Shown here: positions 1 to 12,046 of the stretch, piece by piece
How the letters are laid out: each line of letters opens with the position of its first letter
How positions within the stretch are numbered: position 1 is the stretch's first letter
Source: Hypanus sabinus
Taxonomy: Eukaryota
Direction: 5' to 3'
Length of the DNA stretch: 64,000 bases
Assembly (NCBI RefSeq): GCF_030144855.1
Contig: NC_082728.1
Location: 19,282,001 to 19,346,000 of the forward strand
Position numbers and translations under genes: made by a program
The notes under the pieces: generated by a model
What the model was told of the DNA's origin: nothing
The model's input: only the letters and a program-made list of their open reading frames with translations
Database searches by the model: none

Positions 1-228
1 TGCTTCAAAGATATCTCCCTTATTCTTCTAAATTCCAACAAGTACAGTCCCAGAACCATCAAACACTCCTCATACGTTAACCCTTTCATTTCAGGGATCA
101 TTCTTGTAAACCTTCTCTGGATTCACTCCAATTCCAGGGCACATCTTTTCTTAGATAAGGGGACCAAAATTGCTCACAGTACTCCAAAATGCAGACTGAC
201 CTATGCTTTATAAAGCCTCAGTAATATA
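1..228 (-). mobile_element. CR1-type LINE, RT C-terminal fragment (runs off window start)
   Basis: Reverse strand encodes decayed LEYCxQFWSPYLRKD..QRRFTRMIPEMKGLTYEE, the same region as the copy at 40118-40828. Confidence 0.85.
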
Positions 229-915
229 AGGTTAATGCCAGGATCCTTAGCAATGTGAAAGAAAAGAAGAATCTCGGATTCCACATCTATAGATTCCCCC
301 AGACTTGCTGCACAAGTTGATATAGTAGTTAAGTAAGCTTATGGTCTGTTGGCCTCCATTAGTCGGAGGATGGAGGTCAAGACCTGAGAGGTAATGCACA
401 ACTCTGTAAAACTCTGGTTAAACCACACTTGGAGTACTGTATTCAGTTCTGGTTCTCACTGTTTGGATTAGAGAGCATACTTTATGAGGAAAGTTTGCGT
501 AAACTGGGGCTTTTCTCTTTGGAGCAGAGAGAGGTGAGAGGTGATAGACATGCGTAAGTTAATAAGACTTAGGTTAATAAGAGGCACGGATCCAGTGGAT
601 AGTCAACATTTTTCTCCCATTGTGGCAATAGGTAATACGAGAGGGCACACTTTTAAGATGATTGAAGAAATGTACAGTGGGAGGTGTAAGAGGTAGCTTT
701 TTTTATACACAGAGAGTGGAAAGTGCATGGAACATATCTGGTAGAAGCAGATATATTAGAGACATTTAAGAGACTCTTAGATAGGCAGATAGATGAAAGG
801 AAAGTGAAGGGCTTTGAGGGAGAGAAGGGTTAGATTGATTTTGGAGTAGGTTAAAAGGTTGGCACAACATTCTGGGCTGAAGGGCCTGTACTGCAGTACA
901 CTACTCCATGTTCTG
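229..915 (+). mobile_element. CR1-type LINE 3' fragment with 3' UTR/tail
   Basis: Decayed [15 protein letters not shown] and LGLFSLEQR motifs, followed by the 3' end ggctgaagggcctgtactg..ccatgttct shared with other copies. Confidence 0.85.
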
Positions 916-1439
916 AGTTCTTTATCAATGTCAGAAAAAGTAACTACCAATAACTTTTCTCCCCAGGCCTTTCCAAAGTAGGGTGCCATCATATGCCAAT
1001 AGAATTGTGGAGGGGTCACTGTAGATATTTTGGCTAGATAGCCACAGCGAATGAGGAAATTGGAAAAGAAAGAAAGGGAAGAAAGAACTGGAATCCCTGG
1101 CCAGATTTGTATATAGGCCATGTTGCTGTCTAGACAGCAGGCAAAGAATAGACGGGAAAAGTCCACACAGAGTGGAGCAGCTTGTTAAAAACATTGAGCA
1201 AGCTCATAAAGAACATCTAGTTTCAGGATCCCACGAAGGAAGTGCTGTCTTAACCTTTCACCCCTTTGGTGAATAAGCTGCTCACTGTACTTCACCCAAA
1301 AATAAAGCTGTATTTTCTGGTGCTCGGTTGTAGGTTCAAGACTGTACCCCACATAGTCAGAAACTGCAGGATATCCCAATATAGTTAGATCCATCTTTCA
1401 GATAAGAAATTAAACTGATTTCTCAGATCAACACAAAAT

Positions 1440-1605
1440 ATCCCAAATTTTCCTGGACAACACTTATCATTAAATCAGCATCTATGATCAGAGCACCACA
1501 TTGCTGTTTGTGGGTTTTCTTATTTACAGCTGTGACTGTGCTTTCAAAGATTTTCTAAGTTGTCAAATGCACTCATGTCAAGAAAGATGCTACATTAATG
1601 TAATA
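1440..1605 (+). mobile_element. Ancient Deu-domain-type SINE relic (3' half)
   Basis: Contains cacattgctgtttgtggg...gaaagatgctacattaatg, resembling the 3' part of shark Deu-SINEs; highly diverged, recognised from memory. Confidence 0.45.
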
Positions 1606-2435
1606 TTAAATGCATTGGAGTGGTGTTGATGATTGTGGTCTGGGAGAATTATTCATAATATTTTTTCAGTTCAGAATGATTTCTCAATGACAGTTTAAGC
1701 AGCTGCTTCAAGACTATCAAGTTGAAACTAAATTGCGAGGACTGTTCGGATTTTTAAAAAATCATATTTGTCTCTTACAACTTAAGGGCACTCCAAACAA
1801 CTCTTTGTAGCCAAACTCTTGAGGCAATAAGCTTTACATACGGCATTAGCTACAGATGATTTCAAATTATGAAAAGCTGCTTAGCTTTGAGTTCTTTGGC
1901 TTGTTTCACCTGCCATTGGCTTGGCTTCAATATCCTGCCCTAGAATGAAACAGATAAATTGGAGCTAGTCACGGAAAGGCTGCTGCAGTCTGCATGCATT
2001 CTTCTTGTTGTGTAAGTTGAGCCAACACCTACTGGCACTTTGAATATCATTCCTGTGCTGCCAGTCTTTTGGACACCAGAACACTGAGCTGAAGCAACAG
2101 TAATACGCTTCCATCATTCTTTGTTCTGTTACCCCAGTGAAGTCTGTGTCTCACATTTCGAGACACCCATACATTTCTCCAGAACACACATATGCCTCCG
2201 CAAACACTTCAACAATTCAGGCACATCAATAACATTGTGCTGTCCTCTTTATCACACAACCACTCACTCAGATCCAGAATTGCCATTTGACTAAATCAAA
2301 GGGGAGGCCTGCCTGCAGCATTTAAAATAAATTATTCTAATAACTGCTTCTTTCTTGTTCTTCTGGGACATCCTCAGGAATGCTGATATTGGGGGGGGGG
2401 GCAGTGTTGTCTTGCTTTGTACAGGTTGTGGTAGG

Positions 2436-2660
2436 GTGTGTGTGTGTGCGCGCACGCACCTCAGTGAGTGAGTTTTAGTATTTCTGAGTGTTCGTTTGTC
2501 TTAGTAAGTGGGAGTTTGTGTGTGTTTGTGAGTGTGCGCGTGAGTTTCTGAGTGCATATGTGTGTGCATGTGCTTCAGTGAGTGAACGAGTGGGAGTTGT
2601 GTCAGTTTATGAGTATGTGCATGAGCCTATCAGTGTATTTGAGCATGCATGTATGTGCAC
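2436..2660. repeat. (TG)n-rich degenerate simple repeat
   Basis: gtgtgtgtgtgtgcgcgcac followed by imperfect gtgagt/gtgtgt units. Confidence 0.8.
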
Positions 2661-3139
2661 TTTACTCAACACAGCTTGTGTGGTCCCACACAAAAAGGGA
2701 AGCCTGTTGTTTTCCACCTTCCTCGTTTTCCATTTTCCAGTTAGTCAGGTCATCAACATCAATCTTCAGTTTGAGCCTGTTTCTATGGCAGTAGCAGCTT
2801 TTCTGTTTCCATTTATTTCCCCACCATGATTTACACATTTTTTGATTTGTAAAAACCATGTTTGTTAGCAGCTCCAACACATGCTGAAAAGTAACTGGAA
2901 TAACATAGTGGGACTGGGGTTTACCCAAATAACTACAGGGGGCCTTAGAATCCTTTCATAGCCCAGTAACCATATTGATCATAAACACTAAAGGTTTGGT
3001 GTCTGGCATTTATGGAATTACTGAGCTCAAGTCAGCAATAATTCGACCACATAATTGGCCATAATTTAATTAATGAAGCAACAACAAAATCAAATAAACC
3101 TCTCATTTCATACTGAAATCCAGTAAAACCTTGCAGGGA

Positions 3140-3707
3140 TGTTGGATAGATGTGTGGTGGAAAGTGTGCTAAATGGCTGCACTATGGCCTGGTATGGGAG
3201 CACCAATGCGTTTGAGAGAAAAATCCTCCAAAAGGTAGTGAATTCAGCACAGTACATCACAGGTAAAACACTCCCAACCATTGAGCACATCTACATGAAA
3301 CATTGCAGTAGGAAAGCAGCATCCCTCATCAAAGATCCTCACCACCTAGACCATGCTCTTTTCTCACTGCTGCCATCAGGTAGAAGGTACAAGTGCCTCA
3401 GGACTCGCACCACCAGGTTCAAGAACAGTTACTACCCCTCACCATCAGGTTTTTGAACAAACAGTGTTTTTAAATGAGTTTTAAATGATTTTTTTAATGT
3501 GTTTTTAAACACTCATTTAACAACTCTTTTATCTTGTTATTTCATACTTGTTATTTATTGCTATTTATTTATATCTGCATTTGCACAGTTTGTTGGCCAT
3601 TGATCCTGTTACTGTTCTATAGATTTGCTAAGTACGCCCGCAGGAAAAAGAATCTCAGGATTGTATGGGGTGACATGTATGTACTCTGATAATAAATTTG
3701 ACCTTGA
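3140..3707 (+). mobile_element. Rex1/Babar-type LINE 3' fragment
   Basis: ORF 3139-3456 reads VESVLNGCTMAWYG..LQKVVNSAQYITG..IKDPHHLDHALFSLLPSGRRY..RTTRFKNSYYP, typical of the Rex1 RT C-terminus; then an AT-rich 3' UTR ending aataaatttgaccttga. Confidence 0.9.
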
Positions 3708-3882
3708 GGATGGTATCAAGGACAGAGAGCCTGTTGATTCATTTATTGAACAGAAGGGATTGGAACTCAAATTGGTTTATTATTGTCACATGTACCAGGA
3801 TACAGTGAAAAGTTTGTCTTGCATACTGCTTATCCAGATCATGTCGTTATGCAGTGCATTGAGGTGGAACATGTTAGAACTG

Positions 3883-4136
3883 TGGGGCAGCAGAGTAGTA
3901 TAGTGGTGAGTGCAACGTTTTACAGTGCCAGTAGCCAGGTTCGATTTCCGCTGCTGGTGGTAACGAGTCTATACATTCTTCCTGTGACTGCATGGGCTTT
4001 CTCTAGGTGCTGCAGTTTCTTCCCCCATTCTGCACGAGTTAATAAGTTAATCGATCACGTGAGTGCGATGGAGTGGCGGGGGTTAATTTGGGCCGGAAGG
4101 GCCTGTTCCCATGCTGCATCTCTAAATAAATAAATA
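3883..4136 (+). mobile_element. tRNA-derived V-SINE with CR1-like tail
   Basis: A-box-like tagtatagtgg, B-box ggttcgatttcc, V-domain-like tgcatgggctttctctaggtgctgcagtttcttccc, tail gaagggcctgtt..(taaa)n. Splits a reverse Rex1 3' UTR stub that starts near 3770. Confidence 0.8.
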
Positions 4137-4436
4137 ACAATACTGAATGAAGAGAAAGTGCTGTACGGGGAACCATTAAAATGTACGATCAGAAGGGGGA
4201 CCATAAGGAACAAGGTGACTACCTGTTGCTATGTGGTTGGGTCAGTCTCCAAGTAAAAAAGTCTAGTTGCGGACCAGCACTGAACAGTTTTGAGACAACT
4301 TTTCAGAAGATTGAAAAGGACCTGCAACAAGGGAGCCCGTGGTAGCCAAGGCCAAATCCACAGGAGCACAAGTTTACTCCCTCCTGGACTGAGTGTTCTA
4401 TCTGGTTTGTTGCAGTGCAGACATGATTCCAGGGTA

Positions 4437-4600
4437 AAGTTAAAAGTTCAAAGGTCAGAGTACGTCTATTATTAAAACTACGTATACGTCACCATGTACT
4501 GACCTGAACTTCATTTTCTTACAGGCATTCACAACAGAACAAAGTAATCAATGAAAAACGACACACAAACAAAGACTGACAAGCAACCAATGTGCTTGTC
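4437..4600 (-). mobile_element. Rex1-type 3' UTR stub
   Basis: Same aagttcaaag..tatt..accat..tactg..ttcattttcttacaggcattcac sequence as the tails at 33898 and 56268. Confidence 0.65.
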
Positions 4601-5329
4601 ATTGAAATGTTCCTTTGACCCAAGCTACATACCACTCACCACCAGTCCTGGGAATGTGGTCGCAATGTAGGAAAAGCGGCTTTTCCCAGACACCTTTCCT
4701 GCTTTAAACCTTATGGTAAGCAGAGGCTGGGGGAAAAATATTATTTGCAAACACAAATCAATATTTACTCGGACTTGCATTCCAGAGCTGGCCTAGTCCC
4801 TTGTCGTGAGGTCTGTGCATCAGCAGGACATCTTCAGCAAGCATGTCACACATTGAGGGCTCTAAACAAGCCAAAGGTCACTTTATCAATGTTGAAAAGG
4901 TACTTATCCCAGTCTATCCCGATTAAAGATTATTGATCTGAAAAGATTTCTGTTTTTTCTCTCCACAGACTCTGCCTGACCTGCTCAAAGTTTACACTAT
5001 TTTGTGTTTTTACAATAGGCTACACCCAGCTTTCCATCAACGGTACGAGAGTTGAAAGCTCCAATAGTCCAGCTTCTTCACCCCCCATCATACCACTGCT
5101 TGGTTGAAGATAGAGGTCAGAATAGGGAAAGGATTAATCAGTGAAAAAAGGAAGCAAATGCTGAAGGTTTACATTTTAACCAAACTGTTAAATTAGTGAA
5201 ATGAGTGTAACTAACTATAAAGGCTTTGAGTTTGGGCATTCTAAACTTAGTTACTTCTGATTATGGGTCTGCAGATGAAAACTGTTCATGAACAAGTTAA
5301 AATGAGGAAGTAATCTTGCTATCCCTACA

Positions 5330-5945
5330 AATGGGATCTCCCACTCGCCACACATTTCAATTCTACTTCCCATTCCCACTTCAACATATCAGTCCATGGA
5401 CTCCTCTACTGCCGTAATGAGGCCACACTCAGGATGCAGGAGCAACACCTGATACTCTGTCTGGGTAGCCTCCAGCCAGATGGCATGAACATCGATTTTA
5501 TGAACTTCTGGTAATTCCACCCCCCTTCACCATTCCCCATTCACATTTCTCTCTCTCACTTTATCTCCTTACCTCTCCTTCTCTCTCCCATCACCTCCCC
5601 CTTCCCTTTCTTCCATGGTCTTCTACCCTCTCCTATCAGATACCCACTCCTCCAGCCTGTTATCTCTTTCACCAATCAACTTCCCAGCTCTTTATGTCAC
5701 CCTCCACCCCTCTCCTGGTTTCATCTGACACCTACCACCTTGTACTTCTCTCTTCTCTTCTCTTCTCTTCTCTTCTTTTCTCTCCCTCCTTCCTTCCTTC
5801 CTTCCTTCCTTCCTTCCTTCCTAGTCCTGATGAAGGCTTAACTGTTCACTCATTTCCACAGCTGCTGCCTGGCCTGCTGAATTCCTCCAGCATTTTGTGT
5901 GTGTTGCTTTGGATTTCCAGCATCTGCAGATTTTCTCGCTTGTGC
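5330..5945 (+). mobile_element. Penelope-like element 3' fragment with internally deleted hammerhead and tail
   Basis: Colinear with 59640-60178 (catggcctcctctact..gatggcatgaacatcgat..). TAGTC-CTGATGA at 5822-5833, tail ctgcctggcctgctgaattcctccagcattttgtgtgtg. Confidence 0.85.
5745..5821. repeat. Compound microsatellite (TTCTC)n + (TTCC)n
   Basis: Seen directly; expanded inside the pyrimidine tract of the Penelope-like element. Confidence 0.95.
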
Positions 5946-6269
5946 TTCTACCCTAACATGTGGCTTTACAGAGTCTGAGTGAACCTTACACCCTCATGCA
6001 AGCAGAAGAGACAGAAACAGCCTTGACAATATGGAGTGAAATGGACATGGGGTAGCAACAGAGGCAGGGACTGAAAAGACAGGGTTTAGTGGTTTTGCAG
6101 TGAGAAAACTGCTCTTTGTTGGACTGTTTCATTTTGGATAATGCAGCTTTAGCTTCATGTTATAATCTGAATTCACGGCACTTATACCTTGCAGTTGGCT
6201 GATCACAATTGATGGATCGCAGTACTTCATGGGCTGCTTGGTTACCTCAAGTAAGCCTGTAAAATGGTA

Positions 6270-6480
6270 TCACACGCAAAATGATAGAGGAACTCAGCAA
6301 CTCAGGCAGGTTGGAGGCTGCTCAGAAGGAATATAAGTTGTTGTTCCTCCAAACTGAGAGTGACAGTAAAGAAGGCCATTGACCGACATGCTGGAATGAG
6401 AATGGGGAGTGGATTTAAAATGGCAGGCCAGCACCAGGAAAATCCTGCCTGATGTGGATGTAGCAAAGGAGCTAGATAAA
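6270..6480 (-). mobile_element. Penelope-like fragment (tail plus GIY-YIG C-terminal region)
   Basis: cacacgcaaaatgatagaggaactcagc is the reverse-complement tail; gaaggccattgaccgacatgctggaatgagaatg is the reverse complement of the 59660-59700 region. Confidence 0.7.
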
Positions 6481-6488
6481 GCTATCTA

Positions 6489-7038
6489 CGAGGAGTGATT
6501 GATAAGTTTGTGGCCTAAGGTAGAAGGAGTGAATTTTAGAAAACCTAGCACATTTACTTTTCAACATAGTCCCCTCCTACATTTACACACTCAGTCCAGC
6601 GGTCGTGGAGCATACGGATCTTGGACCTCCAGAAAGAGTCCACAGATGGGTGATTGATAAGTTCGTGGCCTAAGGTAGAAGGAGATGAGTTATACAGCTC
6701 TCGTTACATGCACGTGCAGGTCAACTCTTTGAGTGATCATATAGAAAGTCTTAAGTTAATAACTCATGAGAGGTGATTGATAAGTTCATGGTCTAAGGTA
6801 GAAGGAGATGAGTTATTAACTTCATGAGATGAGAGCTGTATAATTCATCTCTTTCTACCTTAGGCCACGAATATATCAATCACCCCTGCTGTGGACACTT
6901 TCTGGAGGTCCAAGATCCGTATGCTCCACGACTGCTGGACTAAGTGTGTAAATGTAGGAGGGGACAATGTTGAAAAATAAATGTGCAAGGTTTTCTAAAA
7001 TTGACTCCTTCTACCTTAGGCCACAAACTTATCGATCA
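6489..7038. mobile_element. Fold-back (palindromic) non-autonomous mariner derivative
   Basis: Starts TA|CGAGGAGTGATTGATAAG. Arms 6495-6700 and 6831-7038 are inverted copies, each encoding a mariner-type transposase C-terminus IRMLHD(R/C)WT(E/K)CVNVGGD(Y/N)VEK*. Confidence 0.9.
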
Positions 7039-7042
7039 TAGT

Positions 7043-7130
7043 TCCCTCCATAGATACGGCCTGATTTGCTGAGTTCCTTTAGAATTTTGTGCGTGTAACA
7101 CTGGATTTCCAGCATCTGCAGAATCTTTTC
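7043..7130 (+). mobile_element. Penelope-like 3' tail
   Basis: tccatagatacggcctgatttgctgagttcc..ggatttccagcatctgcagaatc. Confidence 0.75.
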
Positions 7131-7689
7131 TGTCTGTAAAATGGCACATAGTCAGCTATTAGTTGTATGTGCAACAATTCAGTTTGTTATACACTGCTTG
7201 ATTTGACTTGTTGGATCTATAAAACTGGCAATGGAATCAACATAATTAGTTAAGTCATAATTGGCGATGCTCAGACTGGAGCCTGGGCTGGCTTAGTTAA
7301 GTTTGCTCTTTTCCTCCAGTGGAGAAGCTTTTTATGATGCAAAAGAAACAGTAAGGGTCACGATTCAGATTTCCTCACTTAAAATGCAGAGTTGTTTCCA
7401 AAGTCTGGTGCAAAATTGTGCAAGGTCACTGGACTGGTGCAAATATGAATACTCTCTTCCAGACAACCGTGGGGCTTTAATTACTCTTCCCTGCACAGGG
7501 AAATATTTAGACGTATTGCCCCTCTCCAACCAGCAGGTTAATGAATGTGCTTTTGCCTGTGAATTTTGAAAGACTTGTACACCTTTCCCATTCGTCAAAT
7601 TTATCCCACTTTGAATCCCACAAGGTCACAAGACCAGCAGGTTTTGCATGTACCACTGATACAAAACCTGATTTCTCCAAGTTCCTATA

Positions 7690-8105
7690 ATTTCTCCCCT
7701 TCCCACTTCTCTCTTATTCCATTCCCCATTCTGGCTCCCCTCTCACACATTCTGATCTCAACACCTACCCACCACTTCCCTCTAGTGCCTCTTTCTTCCA
7801 TGGTCCATTGTCCTCATCTATCAAATTCCTTCTTCAGGTCTTAACCTCTTCCACCTATCCAATCACAGCTTCTTACTTTACCCCCAACTCTCTCACCCAA
7901 CCGTCTTCCCAATCAGCTGCCAGCTTGTACTCCTTCCCATTAAACCCACCTTCTTATTCTGGCTTCATACCCCCTTCCTTTTCAGTCCCAAGGAAGGGTC
8001 TTGACCCAAAACATCTACTGTTTATTACCCTCACAGACTTGCTGAAGTCTTCCAGCACTTCATGTGTGTTGCTCAAGATTTCCAGCATCTGCAAAACCTT
8101 TTATG
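7690..8105 (+). mobile_element. Penelope-like pyrimidine-rich terminal region with degenerate hammerhead
   Basis: CAGTC-CCAAGGA-AGGGTCTTGACCC-AAAA-CATC-TACTG at 7983-8020, followed by the tail ..gatttccagcatctgc. Confidence 0.75.
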
Positions 8106-8334
8106 TTACTGATATAAACCTGTGTTACACACGTCTTCTCTGTTCCAGGGGCAGGTGCATCTAGCACCAATAAGTCACGAAGCTGGGTACAAATTCTGAA
8201 AAGTGTGGATCAAAACAAACAAAACGACAAGCTTTCTGAAAAAGAAATGAACATTTACTGCAGATCATTTTGAAGTTGTTAACTTACATAATAGATGGAA
8301 ATTCCGAATCACAGTGATATAGTTGAGAGTCCCA

Positions 8335-8692
8335 CAAGCTCTTTGACTCACTACCATCAGCAGGAGTTACTGTAGCATTAGGACAAGGATTGTTAGGATG
8401 GACACAGTTTCTTCCCCAAGGTTGCAAGGCTACTGAACTCTCTGTCATCACCCATGTTTCATCACTTATGAATTGCCAAGAGCGTTACACTGTTTACTTT
8501 TTAACGTATTGTAAAATCTCCCTAATGCTAAATGTCAATCTTCTATAATATGTTTTATTATTTGTGATATTATTACTTTATGTGTTGTGTATGAGTTAAA
8601 AGTACCATGTGAACACCTTGGTCCAGAGAAACATTGTTTCATTTGGTGATTTACATGTATCTAATTGAAGAACAACGAACTTGAGCTTGAAT
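8335..8692 (+). mobile_element. Rex1-type LINE 3' end
   Basis: Decayed LF..LPS.R..SFFP region and terminal ggtccagagaaacattgtttcattt..aacttgagcttga. Confidence 0.7.
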
Positions 8693-10069
8693 GCTTGACT
8701 ACCTGAAGTTCGATGTTACCACAGAGGGTGGATTATCACAATGACCTTTCAGTTCTGGAATTCAAGTTTAGCTTCAGCACAAATGAATGGTACAAGAATT
8801 TCCTCACTTTGTTTAAAGTGAGTTGGACTTTCTGAGCTTAGCTACCTCTGAGAGCTGGTTTAGGGTTGAAATCTGCTCACAGTTGAGGGGACGTCCCACC
8901 TATACTTTCCTGAGCCGCCATGTTTCAATGTAGTAGAGTTTTATTTATTTTGAGTGGGCTTGAGACTTTTCTCAGGCAATAACTTAAACAGCAGCAGATA
9001 TAAGATGCCAGAGGTAGGGTAAGTGTTTTCATGATATAGTTGAGTAATTTAACAGTGACAAAACCAATGTATTTTGAATTTAACAGGCAATTGTGGGGAG
9101 TCAGTTCTGAATCTCTAGGAGTCTCCACTCTCATGTGATATGGTGGCTGAATGGTTGAATGTATTTAAGACTAAGATTTTGGTTTTCAAAGAAATTAGGG
9201 TTTACAAGCAACAGACTGCAAAGTGGAGCTAAGGCTCTAGATCAGGGTAGCCATGATCTTACATCAGAACACATGTTTCTCTTGCATATACTCTTTGATG
9301 CTTGCTGGAACACATGCAGCAGGAAGGAAGATCTCAAAACAAACCAGATTCATGTAAAGATGTCAACCAGCTGAAAGATCCAAAGACCAGTGACAGGCAG
9401 AACAAACTCCAGCATTAACTGGAAGAGTGTGAGGGAATTCATGTCCTCCTCTGTGGTGGGAACAATAAATATCTCTCCATTTTCACTTCTCGTTGAAAGA
9501 CTGTGCAATACCCCGCCCAATCCTTGTCTCAACATCTTCATCTCAAATAATGAATTTACATGTGAATGAAGCACCCCTCTGAGACATAATGTAGGTGACA
9601 TTAATTTCAACTCCCCCCCCCCAACCAATCAACTTCCAGAAGAAAGTGAAACACTGATGAGGAAAATCTGGAAATCAGAATAGCTCGCCTTGAGCCAGGC
9701 AAGGAGAACAACATCATCAGTCAAATACATTGGACCCTTCTCCTCTGCAGCACAAGTAATCCCTGGTGACCCAGACCAAACAAATTACTTACAGCTTTAA
9801 ACACACATCCTTCCCAGTTGCTACTGACAACCCAACACACTCTACCTCAAGCACCGTGCAAGCAAAATGTACAATGGGTTTATAAAATGTCAGTCTGTGA
9901 GGTTTTAAAATCAATTATAAAATGGTGTCTGTGCTCCATATGCACAACATGATTAATAGCTCATTTTCACTACTGAAATGCTAATCTTTTCACTGTGCAT
10001 CTAATATCCCATCATTCACGTTGCTGCTGGCTGATCACTGGATATGCAACCTTCAAAATGTGTGCGCTC

Positions 10070-10312
10070 AGAATCAGAATCAGGTTTAATATCACTGGCA
10101 CATGTTGTGAAAGTTGTTAACTTAGTGGCAGCAGTACAGTGCATTACATGATAATAGAGAGAGAAAGAAAACAGTAGTTAAATTAAATAAGTAGTGTGAC
10201 AAAGTAGGACATGTCAAAAATAAAAGTAGTGAGATAGTGTTCATGGGTTCAATGTCCATTCAAAAATCAGATGGCAGAGGGGATGAAGCTGTTGCTGATT
10301 CATTGGCTTGTG
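10070..10312 (-). mobile_element. Rex1-type LINE 3' end
   Basis: (agaatc)n tail and aatcagatggcagaggggatgaagctgtt (reverse of NSFxPSAI). Confidence 0.7.
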
Positions 10313-11507
10313 CTGTTTAATATTACAAATCATCAAAATTTGCAAGAAGGAAAACATGAACTTGAGATGATTTTCTTTAACCTCAGAACTATTCTCAGCC
10401 AATTATTCAAATTGAAGATCAGATCTTATTTTTAACAATTCAAATTAATATTTTACTACAAGAAAATAGTGGAAAATGGTAGTCAAACTTGGAGATCCAT
10501 GGAATATTCCAAATACCATCATCCATAGTCTGGTTTTAAATCTTTGCAGTGTGCAACTATTATACTTGAAATCTGGTGGAGCTGTTTAGCCCAGATGGTT
10601 CCCGTACTCAGTATAAATATGATGCTATGCAATTTGTGAGCTGTTAGGGCCTGCTGAGAGGGAAGAAGCAGCCACTGCAAGACCTAATAACTGGAAACCG
10701 GAGCTGCTGAGCACAAAAGTCTATCTGTTCACGGCATACAAATGCCCCAACATCTGTAAGTCAGTCTCCAGCACACACACAAGGCAGTTTGAACTGGAAT
10801 CTCCTGCTATGAAGACTTGTCAACGGTTTTCCAAAGCTGCTATTTGATGGAACTAATGGAAAGAATTGGGCAATATGACTGCACATTTTTGTGAGCTTTA
10901 TGTCTCCAGAGTAACAAAATCACTGTGAAAAACATTGTTACCAAGGATAAAAAGACAAATAACCACAAACACAGAACGATTAACTGCCACACAAAACAAT
11001 CTAATTGTTACCCGTTTCACAACAACATTGGGTTGTTTTGAAGTCCACTTTGGGGTGATTGTGTAGTAAGGATCAGTACTGAAGATACAGACTGATGCCC
11101 AAGATCTTATATTTTAGGCCAAATCTTCACTTTTCGATAGATGGGAACGCCAGACCTACCTTGCTATCTGCATCTGCGCTCAAATTGTTCGAAGCCACCA
11201 GCTCATCTAGTTTCAGTTCCAACAATGCTAAACTGCTTCCAGCACCCTACCATATTGGCATTTCCATCTTGGTCCCCAGTCGCCACTGGCTATTCAATGG
11301 TATGTCACCAAGCCCACCTCATTATGTCAGGAGGCATGTGTGAGAATCATTCAGTTTGTTTGTTGAATGAATAGGCATATTGCTTTATAAAGTGAATAAT
11401 ACCCTGGAGGTACAAAAAGGTGAAGGGTGAAGAGATATTTGCCCATTTCAAAACAAAGTGATATGCAAGTGTGAAAAAAAATTTTGAAGAGATTAGGCCA
11501 AAACTAT

Positions 11508-12046
11508 AGGAGGTACCTAATAAAGTGGCCTCTATTAATGTATATTAATGAACTTCTGCTGCTGTAGTTCGTCCACTTCAGAGCTCGACATGTTGTACCT
11601 TCAGAGATGTTCTTCCACACACCACTGTGGTAACGTGGTTATTTGAGTTACTATCACCTTCCTGTCAGCTTGAACCAGTCTGAACCATTCTCCTTTGACC
11701 TCTCTCATTAACATTTTTGCCCACAAACTGCCTCTCACTGGTTTTTTTTTTTGTTTTTCACTCCATTCTCCAGAAACTCCAGGGACTGTTGAACGTGAAA
11801 ATCCCAGGCGGTCAGCAGTTTTTGAGATACTCAAACCACTCTACCTGGCATCAATGATTATTCCACGGTCAAAATCACTTAGATCACATTGCTTCCCCAT
11901 TCTGATGATTATTCTGAACAACAAATGAACCTCTTGTCCATGCCTGCATGCTTTTATACATTGAGTTGCCGCTGCACGATTGAATGATTAAATGTGTGCA
12001 TTAATATGCAGGTGTATAGGTGTACCTAATAAAGTGGCCACTGATT
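11508..12046 (-). mobile_element. Tc1-family transposon, decayed 5' part (TIR plus N-terminal HTH region)
   Basis: From the ATG at 11900 the minus strand reads MGKQCDLSDFDRGIIIDAR*SGLSISKTADRLGFSRSTV; terminal gtacctaataaagtggccactga at 12022-12044. Confidence 0.85.

Noticed and set aside
777-1394. Adjacent minus-strand ORFs (129 and 69 aa) as a gene or pseudogene
   Set aside because: No recognisable domain, part of the 129-aa ORF is antisense CR1 tail, and there is no convincing splice structure.
2488-2928. ORFs over and beside the TG-rich tract
   Set aside because: The Cys/Val-rich peptides come from the simple repeat; the minus-strand candidate exon has a poor acceptor and no recognisable homology.
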